Assembly (NCBI GenBank): GCA_963744755.1
Contig: CAVUUS010000003.1
Span: forward strand, 537,678 to 601,677
Direction of reading: 5' to 3'
From: an uncultured Solirubrobacterales bacterium
GTDB lineage: Bacteria; Actinomycetota; Thermoleophilia; Solirubrobacterales; Solirubrobacteraceae
DNA length: 64,000 bases
Each line of letters opens with the position of its first letter. Position 1 is the stretch's first letter. The notes under the pieces are model-generated. The model was not told where the DNA came from and searched no databases. It was given only the letters and a program-made list of their open reading frames with translations. Below are positions 36,276-45,857 of the stretch, piece after piece. The translations under genes and the position numbers were made by a program.

Positions 36276-36305
36276 GCGGGCGCCGCGGGATCCCGCGGCG
36301 CCCGC
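36276..36305 (+). terminator. intrinsic terminator-like perfect 30-bp palindrome
   Basis: gcgggcgccgcggga|tcccgcggcgcccgc followed by tcagttt, 19 nt after the stop codon. Confidence 0.6.
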
Positions 36306-36333
36306 TCAGTTTCGGACCGGTTATGTTCGCGAC

Positions 36334-37296
36334 ATGCTGGACATCGACGAGGTACGTTCTGCAGCGCGATGCCTTGACGGGGTCGCGCATCGAACTCCCC
36401 TGATCACGTCGCGCACGCTCGACGAGCGCGCCGGCGTCCATGTCGTCCTGAAGGCCGAGCTGTTCCAGCGAACCGGCTCGTTCAAATTTCGGGGCGCCTA
36501 CAACAAGATCGCATCCGTCTCGCCCGGTCAGCGGGAAGCGGGCGTGCTGGCGTTCTCCTCTGGCAACCACGGGCAGGCCGTCGCATGCGCCGCGGCTCTG
36601 CTTGGCACCAGCGCGACGATCGTGATGCCCGCCGACGCCCCGGCGATAAAGCTCGCGGCTACCCGTCAGTACGGCGCGGAGGTCGTGACCTACGATCGGT
36701 ACGCCGAGGATCGAGAGCAGATCGGCAGGCGGATCGCCGGCGAACGCGGCCTGAGCGTCGTGCACCCGTTCGACGACCCCCTGGTGATGGCCGGGCAGGG
36801 CACCACCGGGCTCGAATTGGTGCAGGACGCTCAGGGCGTCGACCTGCTGGTGGCTCCGGTCAGCGGCGGTGGCCTGATGGCCGGGTGTGCGACGGCGGTG
36901 AAGAGCGTCTGTCCCGACGCGCGGGTGGTCGGGGTTGAGCCGGAAGCGGGGGATGACTACCGGCGTTCGCTGATCACGGGCCAGCGCGTCACGATCGATG
37001 TTCCCCGGACGATCGCCGATGCTCTGCAGACGACGGCGCCCGGCGAGCTCACGTTCGCCGTCAACAGCGTGCTGGTCGACTCGATCGTCGCCGTCTCCGA
37101 TGCCGAGCTCGTCGAGGCGATGCGGTTCTGCTTCGAGCGGCTGAAGCTCGTGGTTGAGCCCGGCGGCGCCGCAGGCCTCGCGGCGCTTCTGGCCGGCAAG
37201 GTGCCGCTCAGGGCGGCAAAGACAGTCGGCATCGTGCTCTCGGGCGGCAATATCGACCCTGAACGCTTTTGCCAGCTTCTGGGTGCGAACCGCTGA
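36334..37296 (+). CDS. PLP-dependent threonine/serine dehydratase family enzyme
   Basis: PLP-lysine motif GSFKFRGA and glycine-rich loop VSGGGL. ATG at 36334; the ORF's upstream extension overlaps the terminator and the previous gene. Confidence 0.85.
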   Translation: MLDIDEVRSAARCLDGVAHRTPLITSRTLDERAGVHVVLKAELFQRTGSFKFRGAYNKIASVSPGQREAGVLAFSSGNHGQAVACAAALLGTSATIVMPADAPAIKLAATRQYGAEVVTYDRYAEDREQIGRRIAGERGLSVVHPFDDPLVMAGQGTTGLELVQDAQGVDLLVAPVSGGGLMAGCATAVKSVCPDARVVGVEPEAGDDYRRSLITGQRVTIDVPRTIADALQTTAPGELTFAVNSVLVDSIVAVSDAELVEAMRFCFERLKLVVEPGGAAGLAALLAGKVPLRAAKTVGIVLSGGNIDPERFCQLLGANR

Positions 37297-37389
37297 CCGC
37301 GGATCACTCGTGCCGAACTAACCCGCGCGCCCGGCGCCCTAACATGCTGCCGCTAGCCTCGCAGACACGGGCATGACAGCCTTCGAGCG

Positions 37390-38154
37390 GTGCCCCGGGT
37401 TCGCGCCGTCTCGCAGGTCATCGCACGCCGAGGCGACCTCGTTGTCGAGCGGGACCCGTTGCGTCCGTCCGGGCGGCTGCTGCGCCAGGACGACATGGAT
37501 GCCTCCTACGTCGACCTGGCCGATCCATCACACCTGGAGTTCGATTACCTGCGGTGGATGAGAATCGTGTTGCGAGCCGCTCACGCGCGGCGGATCCTGC
37601 ACGTGGGCGGCGGCGGATGTGCTCTGCCGCGGGCGCTGGCTGCGGCCGACCCCGGTGGACGCCAGGAGGTCTGCGAGGTCGATGCCGACGCGCTCGCGCT
37701 CGCGCGAGACCACTTGGGGCTGCGGCGCGCACCGGGTCTGCGCGTGCGCCAGGCCGAGGGGCGAGCGTTTGTCGCCACCCAGCCCGATGCCAGCTGGGAC
37801 GCCATCGTCGTCGACGCGTACCTCGGCGCGAAGGTGCCGCGACGGTTGATCACCCGGCAGGCCTTCGCGGACGTTGCGCGCGTGGCCCCGCTGGCACTCG
37901 TCAACGTCGTCGACAATCGCTCCGCCGGCGATGTGCGAACCGTCGCGGCTGGACTGGCGAGCGCGTACGAACGTGTCTGGGCGCTCGGCGGGCGCGCGGG
38001 CAACACGGTCGTAGCCGGCGGGATGACGGAGCTGAACTTCGCCCGGATCAGCGCCCAGGCCGCCGCTGACCCGTCCCCCGCCCGGCTGACCGGGCCGGTC
38101 GCAATGGCTCGGCTCGCCGCCCCGACGCCTCCGCTGCGCGACGAAGAAATGTGA
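37390..38154 (+). CDS. spermidine synthase-like SAM-dependent methyltransferase-fold protein
   Basis: ILHVGGGGCALPRAL...EVDADAL...WDAIVVDAY pattern. Confidence 0.65.
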   Translation: MPRVRAVSQVIARRGDLVVERDPLRPSGRLLRQDDMDASYVDLADPSHLEFDYLRWMRIVLRAAHARRILHVGGGGCALPRALAAADPGGRQEVCEVDADALALARDHLGLRRAPGLRVRQAEGRAFVATQPDASWDAIVVDAYLGAKVPRRLITRQAFADVARVAPLALVNVVDNRSAGDVRTVAAGLASAYERVWALGGRAGNTVVAGGMTELNFARISAQAAADPSPARLTGPVAMARLAAPTPPLRDEEM

Positions 38155-38265
38155 GCGACCGGGCGCTTGGTCAGGATGTAACGGGGATCCGGCCGCGGCT
38201 TCTATTCTGGCGGACACCCGGTCAGAATCACTGCGTTAGGCCCTGCGCACTGCGAGGAGAACACC

Positions 38266-39279
38266 GTGATTGTCGATTGTGCTCATTACCGCGACGGCCG
38301 GCGCCAGCACGAGGGTCCAATCGAGTTGCGTCATGCCGCAGAGATCTGTCTGGAGGACAGAGGCTTCGTCTGGCTGGGGATGTTCGAGCCTGACGAGGCC
38401 GAACTCCGCGAGGTTCAGGAACGCTTCGGGCTCCATGATCTCGCCGTCGAGGACGCCCAGAGTTTCCACCTGCGCCCCAAGCTCGAGCGCTACGAGGATG
38501 CGGACATCTTCTTCGCGGTGTTTCGCACTGCACGCTATGTCGAGGCGAGCGACGAAGTCGAGTTCGGTGAGGTCTCAATCTTCATCTCACCCCGCTTCGT
38601 CATCACGGTGCGCCAGGGAGCTGCGAGCGACCTCCACGACGCCCGGCTGCGGTTGGAGGGCCGTCCCGGACTGCTCAAGGAGGGCACCGCCGCCGTCTTG
38701 TGGGCGATCCTCGACCTCGTGGTCGACGGATACGCTCCTGTGGTCGAGGGGCTGGAGGGCGATGTCGAAGAGGTCGAAGCGACGGTGTTCGCCGGCGCCG
38801 CGGCGCCGACCGAACGGATCTACCTCCTACGCCGAGAAGCGACTGATTTCTATCGTGCCGTGCATCCCCTGCTTGGTCCGCTCGAGGCACTCGAGCGCGG
38901 CGCATACTTTGAAGTGAGCAACGAGCTGTCCCAGTTCTTCCGCGATGTCAACGATCACCTGAAGCTGGTCAACGAGGAGGTCGTCGCCCTGCGAGACGTG
39001 CTGGCGATCGTGTTGCAGGCGAACATGGCCGTGATCTCCAACCAGCAGACGCAGATCAGCGTTCGCCAGAACGAGACGATGAAGCAGCTCACGCTCGTCG
39101 CCACGATCTTCCTGCCGTTGTCGTTCATCGTCGGCTTCTTTGGGATGAACTTCGCCTGGCTGACCGGGCACATCACCTCGCTCTGGGTATTCCTCGTGTA
39201 CGGCGTCGGCAGCCTCACGATCTCCGCCGCCGTGATCTACGCGTGGTTCCGGCGCGGCGGCCACATCGGCTCGAGATAG
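38266..39279 (+). CDS. corA: magnesium/cobalt transporter CorA
   Basis: C-terminal two TM helices with the FFGMNF (GMN) signature. GTG start preceded by gaggag. Confidence 0.9.
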   Translation: MIVDCAHYRDGRRQHEGPIELRHAAEICLEDRGFVWLGMFEPDEAELREVQERFGLHDLAVEDAQSFHLRPKLERYEDADIFFAVFRTARYVEASDEVEFGEVSIFISPRFVITVRQGAASDLHDARLRLEGRPGLLKEGTAAVLWAILDLVVDGYAPVVEGLEGDVEEVEATVFAGAAAPTERIYLLRREATDFYRAVHPLLGPLEALERGAYFEVSNELSQFFRDVNDHLKLVNEEVVALRDVLAIVLQANMAVISNQQTQISVRQNETMKQLTLVATIFLPLSFIVGFFGMNFAWLTGHITSLWVFLVYGVGSLTISAAVIYAWFRRGGHIGSR

Positions 39280-39345
39280 CGCGCGACGCCGGGCATCACT
39301 CGGTCGGATCGAAATGGTCCCTGCCGTCATCTAGGCTTTGCGGCC

Positions 39346-40086
39346 TTGACGGTAGACGCTGACACACGATTTCCAGGCGAGTCCACCGAGTACCGCCGCG
39401 CACGCAACGAGCTTCTGGAGGCTGAGATCGACCTCCGGCGGGCGATTGAGCGCGTCGCCGCACAGCGCCGCGCGCTGCCGCTCGGCGGGGAGGTGCCTGA
39501 CGACTATCGCTTCGAGGAGGCAGTCGACGGCCACCCTGAGGTGAGATTCTCCGAGCTCTTCGCTCCTGGCAAGGAGACTCTCGTCGTCTACAGCTTCATG
39601 TTCCCCCGCTGGCCTGGCGACACGAGACCTGGCCCGGCGCGGGGAGAGACGGCGCAACTCGAACTCGTCGAGATGCCGTGCCCGTCATGCACGTCGATCC
39701 TCGATTCACTGGACGGCGCAGCTCGCCAACTCGTCCGGCGGATCAACCTCGTCGTGGTCGCGAAGTCAGCTCCCGAACGGATCCGCGCCTTCGCGCAGGA
39801 ACGCGGCTGGCGACACCTGCGACTCCTGTCCTCGCGGAACAACGCGTACAACCGCGACTACCAGGCCGAGACGCCGGAGGGTAACCAGATCCCGATCCTG
39901 AACGTGTTCGTACGCGACGGCGACCGGTTCCGCCATTCCTGGGGGACTGAGCTGATGTTCGCGCCACGAACAGAGGGTGAGGAGGCGCGACACGTTGACT
40001 CCATCTGGCCGATCTGGAACATCCTCGACATGACCCCGGGCGGACGCGGAACCGAGTCGAACTTCCCCGGGCTGCAAGACGAGTAG
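39346..40086 (+). CDS. DUF899 thioredoxin-like protein (paralog 1)
   Basis: FPGES.EYR.AR..LL..EI.LRR and CPSC motifs. About 60% identical by eye to the CDS at 63245. Confidence 0.8.
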   Translation: MTVDADTRFPGESTEYRRARNELLEAEIDLRRAIERVAAQRRALPLGGEVPDDYRFEEAVDGHPEVRFSELFAPGKETLVVYSFMFPRWPGDTRPGPARGETAQLELVEMPCPSCTSILDSLDGAARQLVRRINLVVVAKSAPERIRAFAQERGWRHLRLLSSRNNAYNRDYQAETPEGNQIPILNVFVRDGDRFRHSWGTELMFAPRTEGEEARHVDSIWPIWNILDMTPGGRGTESNFPGLQDE

Positions 40087-40258
40087 GGCGACCCAGCCCC
40101 GCTTCCCCACTCCTCTCCAGTTCCAATTTATACCGCACACGGGGCCTTCATGAAGCCCCGGGTCATGCCGCATAATCGCCCGCCGCAGGCCACAACCTAC
40201 GGAGATGGAGCGACGAAATGCGAGCGTTTTTCTCGAGGTATCCCATCGGAGGGCGGCC

Positions 40259-41725
40259 ATGACCGGGCACGCCGTGGTGATAGCCGGGGGCGGTCCGGCG
40301 GGGATGATGCTGGCGGCAGAGTTGGCGCTGGCAAAGGTCGACGTGGCGGTCATAGAGCGGCGTCCCGATCACGTGCTCGTCGGCTCCCGGGCCGGCGGCT
40401 TTCACTCGCGGACGATCGAGGTGCTGGATCAGCGCGGGGTAGCCGATCGGTTCCTCGCGGAGGGTCAGGTCGCTCAGGCCGCGATGTTGGGCACGACCGT
40501 GTTGGACATGAGCGACTTCCCGACACGTCATCCGTACTCGCTCGGGATCTGGCAGAACCAGATCGAGCGGATCATGGCCGCCTGGCTCGCCGAGCTATCG
40601 GTACGGATCTGTTACCGACATGAGGTGTCGGGCTTCACGCAGGACGACAGCGGAGTCGACGTCGAGCTGTCCGATGGCCAGTCGCTGCGGGCGCAGTATC
40701 TCGTCGGGTGCGACGGAGGACGCAGCGTCATTCGTAAGGCAGCGGACATCGGGTTCCCGGGGTGGGATCCGACCAGGAGCAACCTGATCGCCGAGGTCGA
40801 GGTGACCGAGGAACCGCCGCGGGGCATCCGCACCGACTCGATCGGCGTCCACGGCCTGCACAGGCTGGAGGACGGGAGGACGGTGCGGGTCGTCGTGACC
40901 GAGCAGCAGCTCGGGCCTAGCAGCGAGCCCACCCTGAGCGATCTCAGCGCGGCGCTGATCACGGTGTACGGCACCGACTTCGGGATCCACAGCCCCACGT
41001 GGATCTCGAGGTTCACCGACATGACACGTCAGGCCGCGACCTACCGCGTCGGGCGTGTGCTGCTGGCCGGCGACTCGGCCCACGTGCACTACCCCGCGGG
41101 CGGGCAGGGCCTCAGCCTCGGCGTACAGGATGCCGTGAACCTGGGATGGAAGCTGGCCCAGGTGGTAAACGGGACGTCCCCCGAGAGCCTCCTCGACACC
41201 TACCACGCCGAGCGCCACCCGGTCGCTGCCCGCGCGCTTCAGCACACTATGGCTCAGACCGCGCTCCAGCGCCCGGACGAGCGCATGAAGGCGCTGGTCG
41301 AGGTCGTGTCGGAGCTGGCGACCATGGACGAGCCTCGCAAACGGATCGCCGGGATCGTCTCCGGGCTGGACATTCACTACGACCTCGGCGAGGGAGATCC
41401 GCTGCTCGGACGCCGCATGCCCGATCTGGACCTGGTGACCGCGGACGGCCCGCTCCGAGTCTTCGAGCTGCTGCACGACGCCAAACCGGCGCTGCTCAAC
41501 CTCGGTGAGCCAGGTGGCTTCGACATCACTCCGTGGGCTGATCGGGTCCAGCTGATCGACGCTCAATCTGCGGGTCCGTGGGAGCTTCCGGTGATCGGTG
41601 CAGTCGCCGCTCCCCCTGCCACGTTGATCCGGCCCGACGGCTACGTCGCCTGGGTGGGAGACGGCACCCAGCTGGGGCTTCGCGACGCGCTAACCACCTG
41701 GTTCGGACCACCCGCTGCGGCATAA
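40259..41725 (+). CDS. FAD-dependent aromatic-ring monooxygenase/hydroxylase
   Basis: VVIAGGGPAGMMLA (GxGxxG), GCDGGRSVIR, LLAGDSAHVHYPAGGQGLSLGVQDAVNLGWKL. ATG at 40259 after ggaggg. Confidence 0.85.
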   Translation: MTGHAVVIAGGGPAGMMLAAELALAKVDVAVIERRPDHVLVGSRAGGFHSRTIEVLDQRGVADRFLAEGQVAQAAMLGTTVLDMSDFPTRHPYSLGIWQNQIERIMAAWLAELSVRICYRHEVSGFTQDDSGVDVELSDGQSLRAQYLVGCDGGRSVIRKAADIGFPGWDPTRSNLIAEVEVTEEPPRGIRTDSIGVHGLHRLEDGRTVRVVVTEQQLGPSSEPTLSDLSAALITVYGTDFGIHSPTWISRFTDMTRQAATYRVGRVLLAGDSAHVHYPAGGQGLSLGVQDAVNLGWKLAQVVNGTSPESLLDTYHAERHPVAARALQHTMAQTALQRPDERMKALVEVVSELATMDEPRKRIAGIVSGLDIHYDLGEGDPLLGRRMPDLDLVTADGPLRVFELLHDAKPALLNLGEPGGFDITPWADRVQLIDAQSAGPWELPVIGAVAAPPATLIRPDGYVAWVGDGTQLGLRDALTTWFGPPAAA

Positions 41726-42224
41726 CCCACCCGCTTCCAGGATCAATCTCTGTGAAGGCCCACGTACCGCCACCGCCGCTGCGAGTACGGCGACGAGCTC
41801 TCCAGACAACCGGCGCATCGACCGGTTCATGCGAAGAGGTAGATCCGCGGCACAGTCCGAGTGGCGGCTGGTGACCGAAGCCCCCAGCCTGCTCAAGCTC
41901 CAGTCACTGGATCGCCGACACCACCTCACATCGGCACCGCTAAGCGCGATCGCGTTTCCGCGGAAACGCCGTGCCCGCCCAGATTCCCGCTCTCGCCGCA
42001 TTTTCGGACGGCCTCGCGGCGGCGCGATCGTGCCGATCGCCGGCGTCGGGACGATCGAGTCGTCGCCAACTCGATCGTCAGCGCGCCGCAGACCCGTCGA
42101 CGAAAGCGATCACGCCATGGAAAACGTCTCCGCGGAAACGCGCGCTCCCATTGTCGCCGGAGCGATCGCCGCGCTCTGTGCCTGGGAAGACACGGATGCG
42201 AACGTGTCTCCGGCGGCGCGAGAG

Positions 42225-42785
42225 CTATTTGGTCGGTAGTGCGGTCGGGTGGTTTGGCTGGTGGAGTGTTGATCGCCCTGCCACGGCGAGCGCCGTCGCG
42301 GCTGCCGCCGCACCTGCCGCGACCACGAACGCGGGCCGTGCGTTGCCGCCGTGCTGAGTAACTGCGCCCGCGATCGCGTTTGCTGCGCCGGTGCCGCCCG
42401 CGAGGCCGGTCGACAGCCACCCGAACGCCTCGGCCGCGGCGCCCCCCGCGGTGTGCCGATCGAGGAGCAGCGAGATCGTTGTCAGCGACGGATTGATCGT
42501 CAAACCGGTCGCCAGGAGCAGTGCGCCGACCATGATCAGGAGTGTCGGGATGCCCGCAAGCACCACAGTGAGGGTCAGACACGCGAGTAACACGGTCAGG
42601 CGCGCGGCCGCGTCCGAGCGCCAACGCCGGGTGGCATACATAGGATCGCGGGCGGGGACAGGGCCGGCGGCGCGCCCGGCGTCCGACCGTAGGGTGCCGC
42701 AATGCATGGGAAGCAGCAGTCCGCAGGGCCGTCGGGTCGCTCGCGTACCGCACAACGCGCAACGCGCAACGCGCAACGCTGGCAT
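42225..42785 (-). pseudogene. probable C-terminal remnant of an MFS transporter
   Basis: The last ~130 residues look like MFS TM9-12 (..LLATGLTINPSL....AFGWLSTGLAGGTGAANAIAG..). The N-terminal part is Arg/Cys-rich junk, and the YciI stop codon lies only 30 nt upstream. Confidence 0.4.
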
Positions 42786-42815
42786 GAGAGTCGAGCCGCC
42801 TCCAGCGAACTGTGA

Positions 42816-43157
42816 CTAGCCGTCGGCGATTGGGCGCAGTTCGATCACGCCGTAACGGGCGATGGGGTGCTTGGCGGACACCTCGATCGCTTCGTCGATG
42901 TCAGCGCACTCGAGGAGATTGAAGCCCGACGGTGGTGCGGTCATAGCTTCGCGCGGACCATTGTCGATCTCGATCTCCCCGCCTCGCACGCAGACATTCA
43001 CGGTCGCATCAACAGCCGCCAGCACATCCCCTTGCAAACGCACGCCGCGCTGCTCCATCTCCGACACCCAAGCCTCGACCTGGGAACCGATGGTTCCGCG
43101 GTCCACTGGATCGAACGCGATCGACTCATCCCGGCAAACCAGCATCAGGAACCTCAT
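42816..43157 (-). CDS. YciI-like (DGPF domain) protein
   Basis: MRFLMLV....D......... and C-terminal ...A.KHP.ARYG.IE.RP pattern. RBS gaggagg. Confidence 0.8.
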   Translation of the reverse strand: MRFLMLVCRDESIAFDPVDRGTIGSQVEAWVSEMEQRGVRLQGDVLAAVDATVNVCVRGGEIEIDNGPREAMTAPPSGFNLLECADIDEAIEVSAKHPIARYGVIELRPIADG

Positions 43158-44175
43158 CGATCCTCCTCACTCAGACCGTTGTCACAAGATGGCACCCATC
43201 GAAACGACGGATATCAATCATGACTCGGACTCCACGCCGGCGTACTCGTCGCCGTATTCCGCCGCCTGACTGGGCCTGTCAGTCCCGCGAAGAGCCGGCT
43301 ACCGCAATGGACGAAACAGGGCAGTGCGCCGATGCCGACGCCGGCGAGGTCGCGAGATCGGATTTCTCGCGGAGCGATCGCCCGGCGCCGACAGTCGGCG
43401 TGATCGGAGGGTCGCCATAGGCATCGTGAGGTCTGTAACGGCGTGCTTGGGCGAAGCACTCGCCCGGCTTCCGCGCCTACGCCTACTGATGAACGACAGG
43501 ACCAGCTTGCGCCGGCTGCCCCTATGCGCGTGGAAAGCAGCAGCCGGCTTGTTGTCTCGCTCGTGGCTCCGGCTGTCCGACAGCAGCAGTCTTAGAGCCG
43601 AGGGTGCTCGGGGTTGGCTGCCGCTTCTGCACCGACGCATAACTTTGGGGCATGGAAAGCACAAGTGCGCGCGTGCGTTTCGGCCCGACGGAGTTCTTGT
43701 TGGTCGCGAGGGCGAGGTTGGTCTGGGGGGCGCGCGCATCGACGGAGGGAAGCGTCGCAGCGTCCATGACGGTTCCGCTCTAGCCACCGGGCACTCAGAC
43801 CATGTACCGAACGGGGAGACGTCCGAATGGCGGCGGGGCATGGGTTTGGTGCCCTGGGGCCGGAGAAAAGACTAGGGTGGCCTCCTGGTGCGACCGGCCG
43901 CGGGCGCGTCATGATCGTTCCGCGGGTGATCCACGAGGGATCGCTCGGCATCGAGGGAGGACTCCAATGAAATGTCTCGCTGCCGGCGTGGGTTCCGGCT
44001 CGAGTGCTGCGCTCGCTTCCTTGGGGGGCGACAGCCTCCGGTTCCCAACTTTTCAACGCGACCGATCGGCGCTAGCGCGACCTGGCTTACGCGACCGGGT
44101 CGAGGCGACACCATTGGGGTTTGTAATTCTGGGGGGTGTTTCGTGGACGATCTAACGACTCGGCGCGGGCACATA

Positions 44176-45015
44176 ATGCGCCGGCGCGCCTCCCAGCATC
44201 GCGCCCAGCTCAGCGGAGGCGTTGCGGCAGTGCTCGCGCTCGGCAGTCTCGTGGCTGGCTGCGGGGTTGGCGCCACAACGACCGTCATCGAGAAAACCGC
44301 CGCAGCTCCAGTCACCGCCCATCGAGCCGCGTCACCCCGCCGAGCCGCGAGGAAGGTACACGCAGTAACCGTGACCCGGACTGTGGCCACACCCGCACCA
44401 CCGCCGTCGACGCCGCAGGTATTCACGGGTTCGGGTCAACTAGACCTCGGAACGATCCAGGTTCCTGAAGACTCCGTGATCAGTTGGAACTGCCCGTCGT
44501 GCGCGAACACCAACTTCATCATCAACAACGCGCAGTCCGACTTGAACCAAATCGCGACGAACGGCCTGGACCAGACCCAGGGGGTCGACCCGATCGCCGC
44601 CGGCGACTACCACACCGTGGTCGTGGACACGACCGGCGGCCCGTGGACCGTGGCGATCGGGCGCACCGCTCCCGCCCCGACCAACTCCGCGCCGGCGGCG
44701 CAACAGTCCTCAGCGCCAGCCGGGTCGCCCTCGACGAGCGCGACGCAATGTGACCCGAACATTTCGGTCGCAAACGGGAGCTGCCCGTTCGCCGAGAACA
44801 CGTTCTACGAATACTGGCGGCACGGGGGCGCGTCGTCATTCGCGGTTCGCAGCCCAGCTGCGGACGCCACGCTCGAGGTCAGCTGTAGCGGTGGGAGTCA
44901 GGTGAGCTGCACCGCGAGCGATGGCACCACCGTGTCCTTCCCGCAGGCCGCCGTGGCGCGCTACACCCCCGCGGAGGCAAGCGCCTACGCCCGTTCCCAT
45001 AACCCCGGGCCCTAG
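44176..45015 (+). CDS. hypothetical lipoprotein with C-terminal 4-Cys motif domain
   Basis: Lipobox LVAGC after the ATG at 44176. The ORF part upstream of 44176 is not coding-like. Confidence 0.55.
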   Translation: MRRRASQHRAQLSGGVAAVLALGSLVAGCGVGATTTVIEKTAAAPVTAHRAASPRRAARKVHAVTVTRTVATPAPPPSTPQVFTGSGQLDLGTIQVPEDSVISWNCPSCANTNFIINNAQSDLNQIATNGLDQTQGVDPIAAGDYHTVVVDTTGGPWTVAIGRTAPAPTNSAPAAQQSSAPAGSPSTSATQCDPNISVANGSCPFAENTFYEYWRHGGASSFAVRSPAADATLEVSCSGGSQVSCTASDGTTVSFPQAAVARYTPAEASAYARSHNPGP

Positions 45016-45173
45016 TACACGGAAAAATGCCCCTGCGGACTAACGCGGCAATCCTCCGCTCAAGCCGGGGGGCTAGCGGCCGAACCACAACGCGCGCCAA
45101 CGCGCGAACCAAGATAGCCCAGCCCGAGCGGAGTCCGTGCGGGCTGCGACATGTTCGGTTAGGGTTGGCCGGC

Positions 45174-45530
45174 ATGACATCTCGGTTATGTCTCATCGTC
45201 TGTCTTGCTGCGCTCGCTCTGGTGGGCGCCGCGAGTTCCGCCGACGCGAGCAACAATGGTCGCGATCCGGCAATGGCCACCGTCGCAGCGCTGCACTGTC
45301 GGGATGTCGGGCCTCCGAACAGTGATGTCGGTCTGTACCAAGTCACCGCAACTCGCCTCTCGTGCTCCCAAGCGCGTTCGGTGCTGAGGCGCTGGTACAA
45401 CAACCCGTCGGCCCCGAGATCCGGTCCGCGGGGGTGGCGTTGCTGGACACGGCAAACCTCAGCGTTTGCCTACCGCACAACGTGTCGCAGGAAGGGAGCA
45501 ACGATCAGGTTCACGCAGCTTGCCGCATAG
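45174..45530 (+). CDS. small secreted 4-Cys motif protein
   Basis: Signal peptide MTSRLCLIVCLAALALVGAASSADA. Shares the ..LSC..A....W/Y...C....C...G..I/V.F pattern with its neighbours. Confidence 0.5.
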   Translation: MTSRLCLIVCLAALALVGAASSADASNNGRDPAMATVAALHCRDVGPPNSDVGLYQVTATRLSCSQARSVLRRWYNNPSAPRSGPRGWRCWTRQTSAFAYRTTCRRKGATIRFTQLAA

Positions 45531-45857
45531 CCGCGAACACCGTGCCCAACTTGCGCGACGAAGCATCCACCTTTCACGACTGGTGACTATTGGTGTCCGC
45601 TGTCGGTTGGATCGAGCAATCCCGACTCCGGCGCTTAGGAAGTCGCCGAGGTACCGGGCGGCGAACCCGTCGGTCACGGGCTACCGTCTTCACAGTCAAC
45701 GACGGAAGGCTATTGTCGCTGTCGACGGCAACGCGGGATCGAACTTGCTCGGAGGAGATGCTCGACGCCCGGTCGGACGCGCGCGATTTCCGTCTCGACG
45801 AGCTCAGCAAACGCGCGGTGCTGACGTCCTGAACATCGGGGTCCTGTGCGCCGGCCG

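Noticed and set aside
36100-36333. Upstream extension of the threonine dehydratase ORF
   Set aside because: It overlaps the end of the previous gene and the 30-bp palindromic terminator. Family similarity begins at the ATG at 36334.
38155-38265. Mg-sensing M-box leader upstream of corA
   Set aside because: The ~110-nt leader is shorter than an M-box, and no conserved M-box helices were recognisable.
41881-41889. Possible attachment-site repeat of the tRNA-Glu 3' end (cccccagcc also at 46772-46780), which would delimit an island from 41.9 to 46.8 kb
   Set aside because: Only 9 nt match, which is expected by chance in 64 kb on two strands. No integrase or excisionase is present.
44125-44160. 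tmRNA-like 5' string ggggggtgtttcgtggacga
   Set aside because: The resemblance to the tmRNA 5' end is only superficial. There is no tRNA-like 3' end (..GGTTCGA.TCC..CCACCA) and no tag ORF, and the lipoprotein CDS starts 20 nt later.
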